Part shown: piece by piece, positions 1 through 12,787 of the stretch | Layout of the letters: each line of letters begins with the position of its first letter | How positions within the stretch are numbered: the first letter of the stretch is position 1 | Origin: Pristiophorus japonicus | Taxonomy: Eukaryota | Assembly (NCBI RefSeq): GCF_044704955.1 | Contig: NC_091997.1 | Location: forward strand, 79,112,001-79,176,000 | Length of the DNA stretch: 64,000 nucleotides | Direction of reading: 5' to 3' | The notes under the pieces: model-generated | Database searches by the model: none | What the model was told of the DNA's origin: nothing | What the model saw: only the letters and a program-made list of their open reading frames with translations | Translations under genes and position numbers: made by a program

Positions 1-385
1 GGCGGTCTTTGGCCAGGGATTCCCAGGTGTCGGTGGGGATGTTGCACTTTATCAGGGAGGCTTTGAGGGTGTCCTTGTAATGTTTCCGCTACCCACCTTT
101 CGTTCATTTGCCATGAAGGAGTTCCGAGTAGAGCGCTTGCTTTGGGAGTCTCGTGTCTGGCTTGCGAACAATGTGGCCCGCCCAGCGGAGCTGATCAAAT
201 GTGGTCAGTGCTTCGATGCTGGGGATGTCGGCCTGGTCAAGGACGCTAACGTTGGTGCGTCTGTCCTCCCAGGGGATTTGCAGGATCTTGCGGCGACATC
301 GTTGGTGGTATTTCTTCAGCGACTTGAGGTGTCTACTGTACATGGTCCATGTCTCTGAGCCATACAGGAGGGCGGGTATTACAAG
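1..385 (-). mobile_element. RTE-clade LINE fragment (late ORF)
   Basis: ORF 104..622(-) contains VIPALLYGSETWT...QLRWAGHIVRKPDTRLPKQALYSEL, typical of the RTE C-terminal region; homologous to other RTE copies in the window. Confidence 0.85.
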
Positions 386-487
386 GTTTGCAATATACAA
401 GCTGTGGACACTTTCATGGGAGATTTCAACAGGTTTATTTGAAGCAATCAATTGTATTACAGTATGTGGGTGACAAGGTATAAAAGA

Positions 488-747
488 AAGACTTGCATTT
501 TTTTCGCACCTTTCACAACCTGAGGATGTCCCAAAGCGCTTTACAGCCAATGAAGCACTTTTTCCAAGTGTAGTCATAGTTGTAATGTAGGAAGCATGGC
601 AGCACACAGCAAGCTCCCACAAATAGCAATGTGATAATGATCAGATAATCTGTTTTACTGATGTTGATTGGGGGATAAATGTCAGCCAGGACACTGGGGA
701 TAACTCGCTGCTCTTCTTCAAAATAGTGTCAGGGGATCTTTTACGCC
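488..747 (-). mobile_element. Deu-domain SINE (SacSINE1-like), 3' part
   Basis: Reverse complement of the SINE body and tail seen full-length at 16660-17105. Confidence 0.8.
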
Positions 748-759
748 CAGGAGTGTGAG

Positions 760-1560
760 GAGCCCCATCACAATGTCACGGCCTTAGAGAGGGTGCAGAG
801 GAGAATTCTCAGAATGGTACCCAGGATGAGGAACTTCAGTTATGTGGAGAGACTGGAGAAGCTGGGTGTTATATATGCAGACTATAGATATACTCTCTGT
901 GTAGTCACTGTATAGTTGCATAAGATGGAGACTTGTTACCTGATGTATTGTCAATAAGGCTTACGCTGTGTATACACTATGCTGGCACCACTAGAGGGTG
1001 CAACTGGTGGAGACCGGGGTTTCCTGCTCCTGTGGCAGAGGCTGTCCACCAGAGGGCACTACGGTGGGAGACCTCAGGGTCACCTGCATAGATGTGCAGG
1101 GCCCAGTATATAAGGCTGCCCACCATGCTTGTGCCTCACTCTGGAGTTACAAATAAAGGACCAGGGTCACTACAGTTTGAGTACAATACATTGCCTCGTG
1201 GAGTCATTCATAAGTGCATTACAGACATAACACTGGGGTTGTTCTCCTTGGAACAGAGAAGGCTAAGGGGAGATATAATACAGGTGTTCAAAATTCTGAG
1301 GAGTTTTGATAGAGTCGATAGGCTGAAATTATTTCCACTAGCGGGAGAGTCAGTAACCAGTAAGATAATTGGCAAAAAAATAGAGGGAAGATGAGAATTT
1401 TTTTTTTACACAGCGAGCTGGGATGATCTGGAATGCACTGACAAAATGTGGTGGAAGCAGATTGAAAAGGGAATTGGATATATACTCAAAAAAGGAACCA
1501 TTTGCAGGACTATGGGGAAAGATCAGGGGAATGGGACCAATTGGATATCTCTTTCAGAGA
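760..1560 (+). mobile_element. Old CR1 LINE 3' fragment interrupted by a solo LTR
   Basis: LERVQRR...LEKLG|LFSLEQRRLRGDIIQVFKI motif is split at 866/1233. Confidence 0.75.
867..1232 (+). mobile_element. Solo LTR (366 bp) with 5-bp TSD CTGGG
   Basis: Ends TGTTA...TAACA; CTGGG at 862-866 and 1233-1237; TATATAA at 1107 and AATAAA at 1152. Confidence 0.85.
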
Positions 1561-1779
1561 GCCGGAATGGACAGAATAGTCTCTTTCTGAACTGTATGAG
1601 CAGTATTCAGTGCTTGGATTTGCAGAGAGCTGAGAGTTGTTGAAGGAAGAGAGGTGTTTGACATGAAAGAGTTAAACAAGCCTCACGGAAGCAGTTTCTG
1701 GGATGGAGGAGCAATGGGCCTCCAAGTGAGGCCAAGAATGCCAATTGACGATGAAACAATGAAGTTAAGGCCATCTAAA

Positions 1780-4290
1780 AAACTTATATTTCTGTAGCTT
1801 CTTTCACGACCACCGGACGTCTCAAAGCGCTTCACAATGAATGAAGTTCGTTTGGAGTGTAGTCACTGTTGTAATGTAGGAAACATGGCAAACAATTTGC
1901 ACACAGCAAGCTCCCACAAACAGCAATGTGATAATGACCAGATAATCTGGTTCTGCTTTGTTGATTGAATGACAAATATTGGCCTCAGGACACCGGGGAT
2001 AACTCCCCTGCTCTTAACATAGAAACATAGAAACATAGAAAATAGGTGCAGGTGCAGGCCATTCAGCCCTTCTAGCCTGCACCGCCATTCAATGAGTTCA
2101 TGGCTGAACATGAAACTTCAGTACCCCCTTCCTGCTTTCACGCCATACCCCTTGATCCCCCGAGTAGTAAGGACTTCATCTAACTCCCTTTTGAATATAT
2201 TTAGTGAATTGGCCTCAACTACTTTCTGTGGTGGAGAATTCCACAGGTTCACCACTCTCTGGGTGAAGAAGTTTCTCCTCATCTCGGTCCTAAATGGCTT
2301 ACCCCTTATCCTTAGACTGTGACCCCTGGTTCTGGACTTCCCCAACATTGGGAACATTCTTCCTGCATCCAACCTGTCCAAACCCGTCAGAATTTTAAAC
2401 GTTTCTATGAGGTCCCCTCTCACTCTTCTGAACTCCAGTGAATACAAGCCCAGTTGATCCAGTCTTTCTTGATAGGTCAGTCCCACCATCCCGGGAATCA
2501 GTCTGGTGAATCGTCGCTGCACTCCCTCAATAGCAAGAATGTCCTTCCTCAAGTTAGGAGACCAAAACTGTACACAATACTCCAGGTGTGGCCTCACCAA
2601 GGCCCTGTACAACTGTAGCAACACCTCCCTGCCCCTGTACTCAAATCCCCTCGCTATGAAGGCCAACATGCCATTTGCTTTCTTAACCGCCTGCTGTACC
2701 TGCATGCCAACCTTCAATGACTGATGTACCATGACACCCAGGTCTCGTTGCACCTCCCCTTTTCCTAATCTGTCACCATTCAGATAATAGTCTGTCTCTC
2801 TGTTTTTATCACCAAAGTGGATAACCTCACATTTATCCACATTATACTTCATCTGCCACACATTTGCCCACTCACCTAACCTATCCAAGTCACTCTGAAG
2901 CCTCATAGCATCCTCCTCGCAGCTCACACTGCCACCCAACTTAGTGTCATCCGCAAATTTGGAGATACTACATTTAATCCCCTCGTCTAAATCATTAATG
3001 TACAATGTAAACAGCTGGGGCCCCAGCACAAAACCTTGCGGTACCCCACTAGTCACTGCCTGCCATTCTGAAAAGTACCCATTTACTCCTACTCTTTGCT
3101 TCCTGTCTGACAACCAGTTCTCAATCCATGTCAGCACACTACCCCCAATCCCATGTGCTTTAACTTTGCACATTAATCTCCTGTGTGGGACCTTGTCGAA
3201 AGCCTTCTGAAAGTCCAAATATACCACATCAACAGGTTCTCCTTTGTCCACTTTACTGGAAACATCCTCAAAAAATTCCAGAAGATTTGTCAAGCATGAT
3301 CTCCCTTTAACAAATCCATGCTGACTTGGACCTATCATGTCACCATTTTCCAAATGCGCTGCTATGACATCCTTAATAATTGATTCCATCATTTTACCCA
3401 CTACTGAGGTCAGGCTGACCGGTCTATAATTCCCTGTTTTCTCTCTCCCTCCTTTTTTTAAAAGTGGGGTTACATTGTCTACCTTCCACTCCATAGGAAC
3501 TGATCCAGAGTCAATGGAATGTTGGAAAATGACTGTCAATGCATCCGCTATTTCCAAGGCCACCTCCTTAAGTACTCTGGGACGCAGTCCATCAGGCCCT
3601 GGGGATTTATCGGCCTTCAATCCCATCAATTTCCCCAACACAATTTCCCGACTAATAAAGATTTCCCTCAGTTTCTCCTCCTTACTAGACCCTCTGACCC
3701 CTTTTATATCCGGAAGGTTGTTTGTGTCCTCCTTAGTGAATACTGAACCAAAGTACTTGTTCAATTGGTCTGCCATTTCTTTGTTCCCCGTTATGACTTC
3801 CCCTGATTCTGACTGCAGGGGACCTACGTTTGTCTTTACTAACCTTTTTCTCTTTACATACCTATAGAAGCTTTTGCAATCCGCCTTAATGTTCCCTGCA
3901 AGCTTCTTCTCGGACCCCATTTTCCCTGCCCTAATCAAACCCTTTGTCCTCCTCTGCTGAGTTCTAAATTTCTCCCAGTCCCCAGGTTCGCTGCTATTTC
4001 TGGCCAATTTGTATGCCACTTCCTTGGCTTTAATACTATCCCTGATTTCCCTAGATAGCCACGGTTGAGCCACCTTCCCTTTTTTATTTTGACGCCAGAC
4101 AGGAATGTACAATAATGCCGTGGGATCTTTTACGTCCACCTGAGAGAGCAGACAGGACCTCGGTTTAACGTCTCGTCCGAATGACAACACCTCCGACAGT
4201 GCAGCGCTCCCTCAGCACTGCAGGGAGTGTCAGCCTGGATTTTTTTGTGCTCAAGTCCCGAGAGTGGAACTTGAACCCACAGGCAAGTGT
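1780..4290 (-). mobile_element. Deu-domain SINE split into about 1780-2015 and 4115-4290 by a CR1 insertion
   Basis: The two halves are consecutive parts of the SINE consensus. Confidence 0.75.
2017..4112 (-). mobile_element. Young 5'-truncated CR1 LINE with uninterrupted RT reading frame
   Basis: ORF 2118..4190 has KSPGPDG, NYRPVSLTS, YLDFQKAFDKVPH, SGVPQG and FADDTKL; (TTTCTATG)n tail. The first ~27 aa of the ORF are read-through from the SINE. Confidence 0.95.
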
Positions 4291-4340
4291 GCCATAGCTG
4301 ACCATCGGGAAAGAAGTGTGACATAATAGAGGAAAATAAG

Positions 4341-4830
4341 CTTTGAGTACAGGGGCAGGGAGGTGTTACTACAGTTGTACAGGACCTTGGTGAGGCCACA
4401 CCTGGAGTATTGTGTACAGTTTTGGTCTCCTAACTTGAGGAAGGACATTCTTGCTATTGAGGGAGTGCAGCGAAGGTTCACCAGACTGATTCCCGGGATG
4501 GCGGGACTGACATATCAAGAAAGACTGGATCAACTGGGCTTGTATTCACTGGAGTTCAGAAGAATGAGAGGGGATCTCATAGAAACGTTTAAAATTCTGA
4601 CGGGTTTAGACAGGTTAGATGCAGGAAGAATGTTCCCAATGTTGGGGAAGGCCAATTCACTAAATATATTCAAAAAGGAGTTAGATGTAGTCCTTACTAG
4701 GGGGATCAAGGGGTATGGCGAGAAAGCAGGAATGGGGTACTGAAGTTGCATGTTCAGCCATGAACTCATTGAATGGCGGTGCAGGCTCAAAGGGCCGAAT
4801 GGCCTACTCCTGCACCTATTTTCTATGTTT
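4341..4830 (+). mobile_element. CR1 3' fragment with a short internal deletion
   Basis: ORF 4363..4743 [15 protein letters not shown]; near-identical to the copy at 2017-4112 but in opposite orientation. Confidence 0.9.
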
Positions 4831-5599
4831 CATGTCAGCAGTCTCAGGAATAGAGGAAGGATAAGGTTCCAAGTTGAGGCCAAGAATGCCAAGTGATGAT
4901 GAAGCAATGAGATTGTAACTATTGGGTTTGACTTGCCAGAGCTGTGAGGCAATTGTGCCATTGAAGAATTGGAAGAGACGAGATTGTCACTGTCCCATTG
5001 GAAGGCATACCGGATGTCTAGATGCATTGAACTAGTCACTGGTCTATGCTCTGAAGTTGATTAATGTGGAGTGGAAAAGAATGGGTGGTTAATGCCCTCA
5101 GTGCGGGCCAAGTCTTTATTTCCGCAATGTCTCGAAATGCTCGCCTAATAGAAACTGAAACGTATTCGCCATAAACAACCAACTGAACCTGGATTTATCG
5201 GAGGACCATTTTGTTTTTATATACAGTCTGCTCTTTATTCAAGTTGCATGACAATTCATCTTTTTTGGCAATACTTTCGAACTTTATCTTGCTTAATTCA
5301 ATTTATTTGAATAATTCAAGTTGTTATTAGCACTAAAAAAAAAAGGATTTCGGATTTTGGCAGCTGGAATATTCTGAACCGGCATGGGACCTGTAAGATT
5401 TCATGCCAGTTCATTTCAATCAGGATTATTAAAGCCTGTTCCAGATTGTTTATAAGCAATGCGCCCTGCTATATCTGTGGCAATAAATTCCTGGGGCATA
5501 GGTTGGGCAGGAATCGGTTGAAATTCAGGCTTCTTTGGGTATATGTTGAGACATGAATATACACCTGTCAGATAGCAGGGCACCGAAAATAGGAGCTGC

Positions 5600-5772
5600 A
5601 ACTATTTTAGTAGAAACTTTAAATCGAGTGCCCCCTCGAACCCACAAATGAACAACTTAACACTGTAACAAAAAACCTTAATCAAATTAGAATTTGGTTG
5701 CCGGGGGTGATGATGCACTCCAGTCCCTCCGGCGCCCACCTCTCGCGGAAGGCCGCGAGCGTACCGGTGGAG
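5600..5772 (-). mobile_element. Tx1-like L1-clade 3' fragment
   Basis: GTLAAFRERWAPEGLECIITPGNQILI* matches the copy at 18346-18667. Confidence 0.6.
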
Positions 5773-6673
5773 CTGTAAGCCGCAGGAACAATGTGTTTTA
5801 TTGGCTTGGAGCTGCGTTGCTGTCGTCGATGCTGAGCCCTATTTAATGGGTATGTATCTTGGACTTGGCTGAAAATCAACGCCACAAGCAACTCGGCTTA
5901 GTCATTGTGACGCAGAATAAATTATTGCGATGAAGCCGGGCTCGGAACCTCCCCGGGGCTCAGTGGTTTTTCTTCAGCCCTTAGATTGGAACCGGTTCCA
6001 AGGGGTGTCCGGTTTGGTTGCCAGTCTGTCCTGAGTTAGGTGATTTGAGACAGAATGTTGGCAATTGTTTTCAGCATTCCTAGCCAAGGAAGGTGTGGAA
6101 GGGTGGGTGGGGGGGGGGGGGTGGGGGGACCCTTAATTGCTCGTTGGAAAGTGTGCATCAGGTGAGGACGGTGTCGGTCTGGGCTGTGCTGCCCCCACAG
6201 TCGAGCAGCCTGTCAGCACACACTGTCACACGTGAAGGATGGACACTTCAATGAGGGAATAGAATGGGTTTCCAAAAAGAACAAGTGTGGCTGAAAGATA
6301 TTTTGCAAACATTAAGAGCTTTGTATAAAGACATGCATTTATAGAACACCTTTCACGACCACCGGAAGTCCCAGAGCACTTTGCAGCCAATTTTTTTGAC
6401 GTGTAGTTACTGTTGTAATGTAGGAAATGAGACAGTCAATTTGCGTACAGCAAGCTCCCAAAAACAGTAATGTGATAATGACCAGATAATCTGTTTTAAT
6501 GAAGTTCATTGAGGGATCAATATTGGCCAGGATACCAGGGATAACTCCCCTGCTCCTTCCTCAAAATAGTGCCATGGGATCTTTTACATCCTCTTGAGAG
6601 AGCAGACAGGGACTCGGTTTAATGTCTCATCCGAAAGACAGCACCTCCGACAGTGCAACACTCCCTTAGCACT

Positions 6674-7231
6674 CATCATCATCATCATAAGCAGTCCCTC
6701 GGAATCGAGGAAGATTTGCTTCCACTCCTGAAGTGAGTTCTTTGGTGGCTGAACAGTCTAATGTGAGAGCCACAGTCCCTGTCACAGGTGGGACAGATAG
6801 TCGTTGAGGGAAGGGGTGGGCGGGACTGGTTTGCCGCACGCTCTTTCTGCTGCCTGCGCTTGATTTCTGCATGCTTTCGGTGACGAGACTCGAGGTGCTC
6901 AGCGCCCTCTCGGATGCACTTCCTCCACTTAGGGCGGTCTTTGGCCAGGGACTCCCAGGTGTCAGTGGGGATGGTGCACTTTATCAGGGAGGCTTTGAGG
7001 GTGTCCTTGTAGTGTTTCCGCTGCCCACCTTTGGCTCGTTTGCCGTGAAGGAGCTCCGAGTAGAGCACTTGCTTTGGAAATCTCGTGTCTGACATTCGGA
7101 CTATGTGGCCTGCCCAGCGGAGCTGATTGAGTGTGGTCAGTGCTTCGATGCTGGGGATGTTAGCCTGAGTGAGGACACTGATGTTGGTGCGCCGGTCCTC
7201 CCAGGAGATTTGTAGGATCTTGCGACGACAT
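6674..7231 (-). mobile_element. RTE LINE 3' segment with (ATG)n tail
   Basis: ORF 6685..7095 DTRFPKQVLYSEL...CPTCDRDCGSHIRLFSHQRTH; TATGATGATGA tail. Confidence 0.9.
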
Positions 7232-9204
7232 GCAGGCCGTGATCCTTACCAATGGATCCATCACAGACCCAATTCAAGTCCGGACCGGAGTCAAACAGGG
7301 CTGCGTCATCACCCCAACCCTCTTCTCAATCTTTCTCGCTGCCATGCTCCACCTCACAGTCAACAAGCTCCCCGCTGAAGTGGAACTAAACTACAGAACC
7401 AGTGGGAACCTGTTCAACCTGCGCCATCTCCAGGCCAGATCCAAGACCACCCCAACCTCTGTCGTCGAGCTACAGTACGCGGACGACACCTGCATCTGCG
7501 CACATACAGAGGCAGAGCTCCAGGACATAGTCGACGTATTTACTGAGGCGCACAAAAGTATGGGCCTTATGCTAAACATCCGTAAGACAAAGGTCCTCCA
7601 CCAGCCTGTCCTCACCGCACAGCACTGCCCCCCAGTCATCAAGATCCACGGCACGGCCCTGGACACCGTGGACCACTTTCCATATCTCGGGAGCCTCCTA
7701 TCAACAAGAGCAGGCATCGACGACGCAATCCAACACCACCTCCAGTGCACCAGTGCAGCCTTCGGTCGCCTGAGGAAAAGAGTGTTTGAAGACCAATTTG
7801 AAGACTAATTTACTGGAATTCTTTGAGGATATAACGAGCATGGTGGATAGAGGTGTACCGATGGATGTGGTGTATTTAGATTTCCAAAAGGCATTCGATA
7901 AGGTGCCACACAAAAGGTTACTGCAGAAGATAAAGGTACGCGGAGTCAGAGGAAATGTATTAGCATGGATCGAGAATTGGCTGGCTAACAGAAAGCAGAG
8001 AGTCGGGATAAATGGGTCCTTTTTGGGTTGGAAATCGGTGGTTAGTGGTGTGCCACAGGGATCGGTGCTGGGACTACAACTGTTTACAATATACATAGAT
8101 GACTTGGAAGAGGGGACAAAGTGTAGTGTAACAAAATTTGCAGATGACACAAAGATTAGTGGGAAAGCAGGTTGTGTAGAGGACACAGAGAGGCTGCAAA
8201 GAGATTTAGATAGGTTAAGCGAATGGGCTAAGGTTTGGCAGATGGAATACAATGTCGGAAAGTGTGAGGTCATCCACCTTGGGAAAAAAAACAGTAAAAG
8301 GGAATATTATTTGAATGGGGAGAAGTGCAGAGGGACCTGGGGGTCCTTGTGCATGAATCCCAAAAAGTTAGTTTGCAGGTGCAGCAGGTAATCAGGAAGG
8401 CGAATGGAATGTTGGCCTTCATTGCGAGAGGGATGGAGTACAAAAGCAGGGAGGTCCTTCTGCAACTGTATAGGGTATTTGTGAGGCCGCACCTGGAGTA
8501 CTGCGTGCAGTTTTGGTCGCCTTACTTAAGGAAGGATATACTGGCTTTGGAGGGGGGTACAGAGACGATTCACTAGGCTGATTCCGGAGATAAGGGGGTT
8601 ACCTTATGATGATAGATTGAGTAGACTGGGTCTTTACTCGTTGGAGTTCAGAAGGATGAGGGGTGATCTTATAGAAACATTTAAAATAATGAAAGGGATA
8701 GACAAGATAGAGGCAGAGAGGTTGTTTCCACTGGTCTGGGAGACTAGAACTGGGGGGCACAGCCTCAAAATACGGGGGAGCCAATTTAAAACTGAGTTGA
8801 GAAGGAATTTCTTCTCCCAGAGGGTTGTGAATCTGTGGAATTCTCTGCCCAAGGAAGCAGTTGAGGCTAGCTCATTGAATGTATTCAAGTCACAGATAGA
8901 TAGATTTTTAACTATTAAGGGAATTAAGGGTTATGGGGAGCGGGCGGGTAAGTGGAGCTGAGTCCACGGCCAGGTCAGCCATGATCTTGTTGAATGGTGG
9001 AGCAGGCTCGAGGAGCTAGATGACCTACTCCTGTTCCTAATTCTTATGTTCTTATGTAAGACCAGACCCTCCAAACCGCCACCAAGCTCATGGTCTACAG
9101 GGCTGTAGTAATACCTGCCCTCCTGTATGACTGAGAGACATGGGCCATGTACAGTAGACACCAAGTTGCTGGAGAAATATCACTAAAGATGTCTCCGCAA
9201 GATC
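7232..9204 (+). mobile_element. Inverted 5' segment of the same RTE (7232-7795 and 9058-9204), interrupted by CR1
   Basis: ORF 7230..7808 has TGVKQGCVITPTLF and LQYADD; resumes after the CR1 and ends at the RKIL breakpoint. Confidence 0.85.
7800..9057 (+). mobile_element. CR1 LINE 3' fragment
   Basis: TNLLEFFED...FADDTKI...NFFSQRVVNLWNSLP; (TTCTTATG)n tail. Confidence 0.92.
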
Positions 9205-9488
9205 CTCAGCACTGCAGTGGGAGTGTCAGCCTAGATTTATGTGCTCACGTTCCTGGAGTGGGACTTGAAGCCACAACCTTCTGACTCAGAGGCAAGAATG
9301 CTACCCACTTAGCCAACAATAAAATGCCATCATTTGTTCAAGGTAATCTGCAGGATATTTTCCAATGTTCATCTCTATATGAGTATCTTTTTGAGTCAGT
9401 GTCTCAGCCTAGATATCTACATTCACCCCTCACCCCCCGCCCCTTTAAGCCAGAACAAATTTAAAATTGGCGCTAACATTTGGATATA

Positions 9489-10181
9489 GGCCCAGAAATC
9501 CCGGCCTCCCCAGGTCCGTACGGAGTGTGTACGGACCCGGGAAGGCATACAATGCGCATGCGCTGAAAACCAGCTTTTCCGATCTGTCAAGCTGGAGCTC
9601 GACAGATCGCACGCATATCGGGAGCGAGGACAGGATTGCGGGATTTATCCCTATCTTGCCCAACAAATGTCCTCAAAACTCTCGCGCCTGTTAAAACATA
9701 CAAAAATACACTTAAATTAAATTTTAAAAAACACATTTTATTGTTAAAAACCCTGCCTAATAAGGTAAGTTTATTTTAACCCTAATTACAAAACTTTGTT
9801 TTTTAAATTGGAAATGTTATTTTTTTCTAAAGCATTTATTAACTTTAATTTCAATGAATTTTAATTAAGTGAGGTGTGCTTATTTTTTTATTGGTGTTTA
9901 GTGTGTTTGGTTCTTTTTTCTCATTAATGGCAATGAGAATTCGTAGATACGGAGTTCCCATTGCTATTAATGAGAAAGCTGTGGAATACTGTAACTGATT
10001 GGCTGAGCAGTCACACGTGACTGGATCGTCTCCATGGGAACCTGGAGGACGGGAGCGCGTCCCACACGCGGGAAGAGAAGGCCTCCCCACCACAATCCCA
10101 CGCTCCTCCGGGACCACCAGGTACTTTCGTAGAAAGGTTTCAGGTTGGAGGCATCTGCCCTCCGACTGCAATTTCTGGGCC
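9489..10181. mobile_element. Non-autonomous DNA transposon (MITE, PIF/Harbinger-like ends)
   Basis: Perfect 11-bp TIR GGCCCAGAAAT / ATTTCTGGGCC; body homologous to 38947-39350. Superfamily assignment is inferred. Confidence 0.7.
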
Positions 10182-11185
10182 ATGCATGGGCGGTGGTTTT
10201 TCACAACAGTGTGAAGAATCCTTCTGCCGTCTCTCTGGCCCAGAATTTGTGGTCAGCGGCAAAGCAAAGACAATTGCCGTGGACCCCGAAGTAAGCTTCG
10301 CACACAGATCTTCCGACCTCTCTGTCTAGAAGTTCAGGTTTTCCGAACGTTATTCAAACCAAAGAACTATAGTGGGGATCCCCTCGTGCGAGCTGCCGTG
10401 TCGTCAACAAGCTGCCCGAGTAGCCAATCAAAAGGCAAAGTTCTCACTATCAGCAAAGCGAGTGAGCTCTTAGAATTCTAACTAATGCTAGAGAGCGGAA
10501 AATAAAGATTGGGGCGCTCACATGGGGAAAATGCAAACCTGAAATAATGAACAAACTTCAAAAAAAATTAAAACATTGTTTAAAAAAGTTTCTTCTGGCT
10601 CTGTTGTGCGGGACAGGGTGGGGGGGGGGGGGGGGAGGAGGAGAGAAAGTGGTGGTTAAGGGAGGAAAGAAGGGGGGGGTGTTAAGGGGATGGGAATTGG
10701 GGAGAAGGGGGGATTGAGGGGAAAGATAAGGAGGGTTAAGGGGGTGGGAAAGGAGGGTTAAAGATGGGGAAAGGGTAAAGATAAGGGGGGGTTAAGGGGG
10801 TGGGACCAGGAGGGGGAGGGGAGCACAGCGAAGCCTGTGGGAGCAGTGAACGACACATTGCAACTTGCGATTCCCCGCACCTGCCAAATCCCAAAGTTGC
10901 GCTGTTTCAAAGGCGGAATGATGGGGAGCGCTGTCAGTTTGCCCTCATCCCCACCGCAGATTCCGGGTCAATGTTTCAGGCCGATGACCTTTCATCAGAA
11001 TGCTCATTGGTTCAAGCAATTTAAAGTTGATTAATCCGAAGGATCCGACAACTCAAGTTTGTCAGCACGAACTTCCTGACAGCCTTTCAGAAGTTGTGAA
11101 TGTGCCAGTCGAGAATCAAAGAAAGAGGCCATTCGGCCCATCGTGACTGTGCTAACCAATTAAACCCATTCCCATGACACAAAGT

Positions 11186-11875
11186 GTCACCTGTGGGTTG
11201 CACTCTCGCCTCTGAGTCAGAAGGTTGTGGGTTCAAGTCCCACTCCAGGGACTTGAGCGCATAAATCTCGGCTGACACTCCAGTGACACTTCTAGGTGTC
11301 CTGGCCAATATTTATCCCTCAATCAACATAACAAAAACAGATTATCTGGTCATTGTCATGATGGTGTTTGTGGGAGCTTGCTGTGCACAAATTGGCTGCT
11401 GTGTTTCCCACATTACAATAGTGACCTCACTCCAAAAAGTACTTCATTAGCTGTAAAGCGCTTTAAGACATCCGGTGGTCATGAAAGAAACATAGAAAAT
11501 AGGTGCAGGAGTCGGCCATTTGGCCCTTCTAGCCTGCACCGCCATTCAATGAGTTCATGGCTGAACATGCAACTTCAGTACCCCATTCCTGCTTTCTCGT
11601 CATACCCCTTGATCCCCCTAGTAGTAAGAACTACATCTAACTCCTTTTTGAATATATTTAGTGAATTGGCCTCAACAACTTTCTGTGGTAGAGAATCCCA
11701 CTGGTTCACCACTCTCTGGGTGAAAAAGTTACTCCTCATCTCGGTCCTAAATGGCTTACCCCTTATCCTTAGACTGTGACCCCTGGTTCTGGACTTCCCC
11801 AACATTGGGAACATTCTTCCTGCATCTAACCTGGCTAGACCCGTCAGAAAGGCGCTATATAAATCCAAGTCTTTT
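11186..11875 (+). mobile_element. Deu-domain SINE (internally deleted) with a minus-strand CR1 3' fragment inserted at about 11488-11847
   Basis: SINE tail GTCATGAAAG|...|AGGCGCTATATAAAT is split by the CR1 3' end. Confidence 0.8.
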
Positions 11876-12787
11876 ACATTTATTAAAACATCTCGACTGC
11901 TGAACCATCTCAATCATTCAAATAACTTCATGCCCAAGTAGCCAGTTACAAATCCCAGTAACTGAAACTCCTTGACATGGTCAGCGCGGACACGATGGGC
12001 CAAAATGGCTTCCTTCTGTGCTGTAAATGTCTCATGAGTCTATGGTTAGTGCGAGAGTATTGCACAGAAGAGTTTGTTTGGTGCAATTTAAAATGACACC
12101 TGTATTGAAACATTGGTGCAGCAGAAGCCAGTCCCTGCTGGGGAAACGCTAATGTTTTATCAATTCCCAGACCATTCAGTGTTGATATAGTCAATCACAC
12201 GGCTGTACATTGAAGTTCATTACAGCGTTGCAGCAGTTAGTCGAGTGTTTTTTAAATTTCCAATTATGAAATGTTAAGCTTGTGAGAATAATTCTGGGTG
12301 ATCTCGAGGTTAACTGGGAGTTGTCAATTCAGCGGTTTCTGCACAGAAGCTGTGCAGGATTGGCCTCAGTTTCAACAACCTTCATTTTTCCAACCAATGC
12401 AATTGGATTTGACGGGCTGGAAACGAACACTGGCTCTCTGTCAGATAAATGTAAATAGTGACGGAGCTGAAACAGTGGGAGTGCTGGACTCCTGTAACAC
12501 CACCGACTCGCTGTGCAGTGCTCCTTGTGGTCTTTTAAAAACTGTTACCAACCAATATTTTCCTGCATATACAGATGTAGGCACTATAGTTCGGTATCAA
12601 TTTAGCCGTTGCAATCTCTCACCCCAGGTGCTCTTACAGAGAGCCGGCTCAGGCTCGACGGGCCGAATGGCCGCCTTCTGTGCTGTAACCATTCCATGAT
12701 TCTATGAAATCGAGTGGCCCCTCTATATGATCTTCATGGAGTACTACCACAGAAAATAAAGGAACTGTACCTGGGTATCTACACACA

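Larger units (their letters stand above)
6329..9315 (-). mobile_element. Deu-domain SINE split (6329-6673 and about 9203-9315) by a nested RTE plus CR1
   Basis: CCT(T/C)AGCACT duplicated at about 6664-6673 and 9204-9213; the SINE halves are contiguous in the consensus. Confidence 0.8.

Noticed and set aside
10237-11080. Possible second MITE starting GGCCCAGAATTTG
   Set aside because: No convincing matching right TIR found
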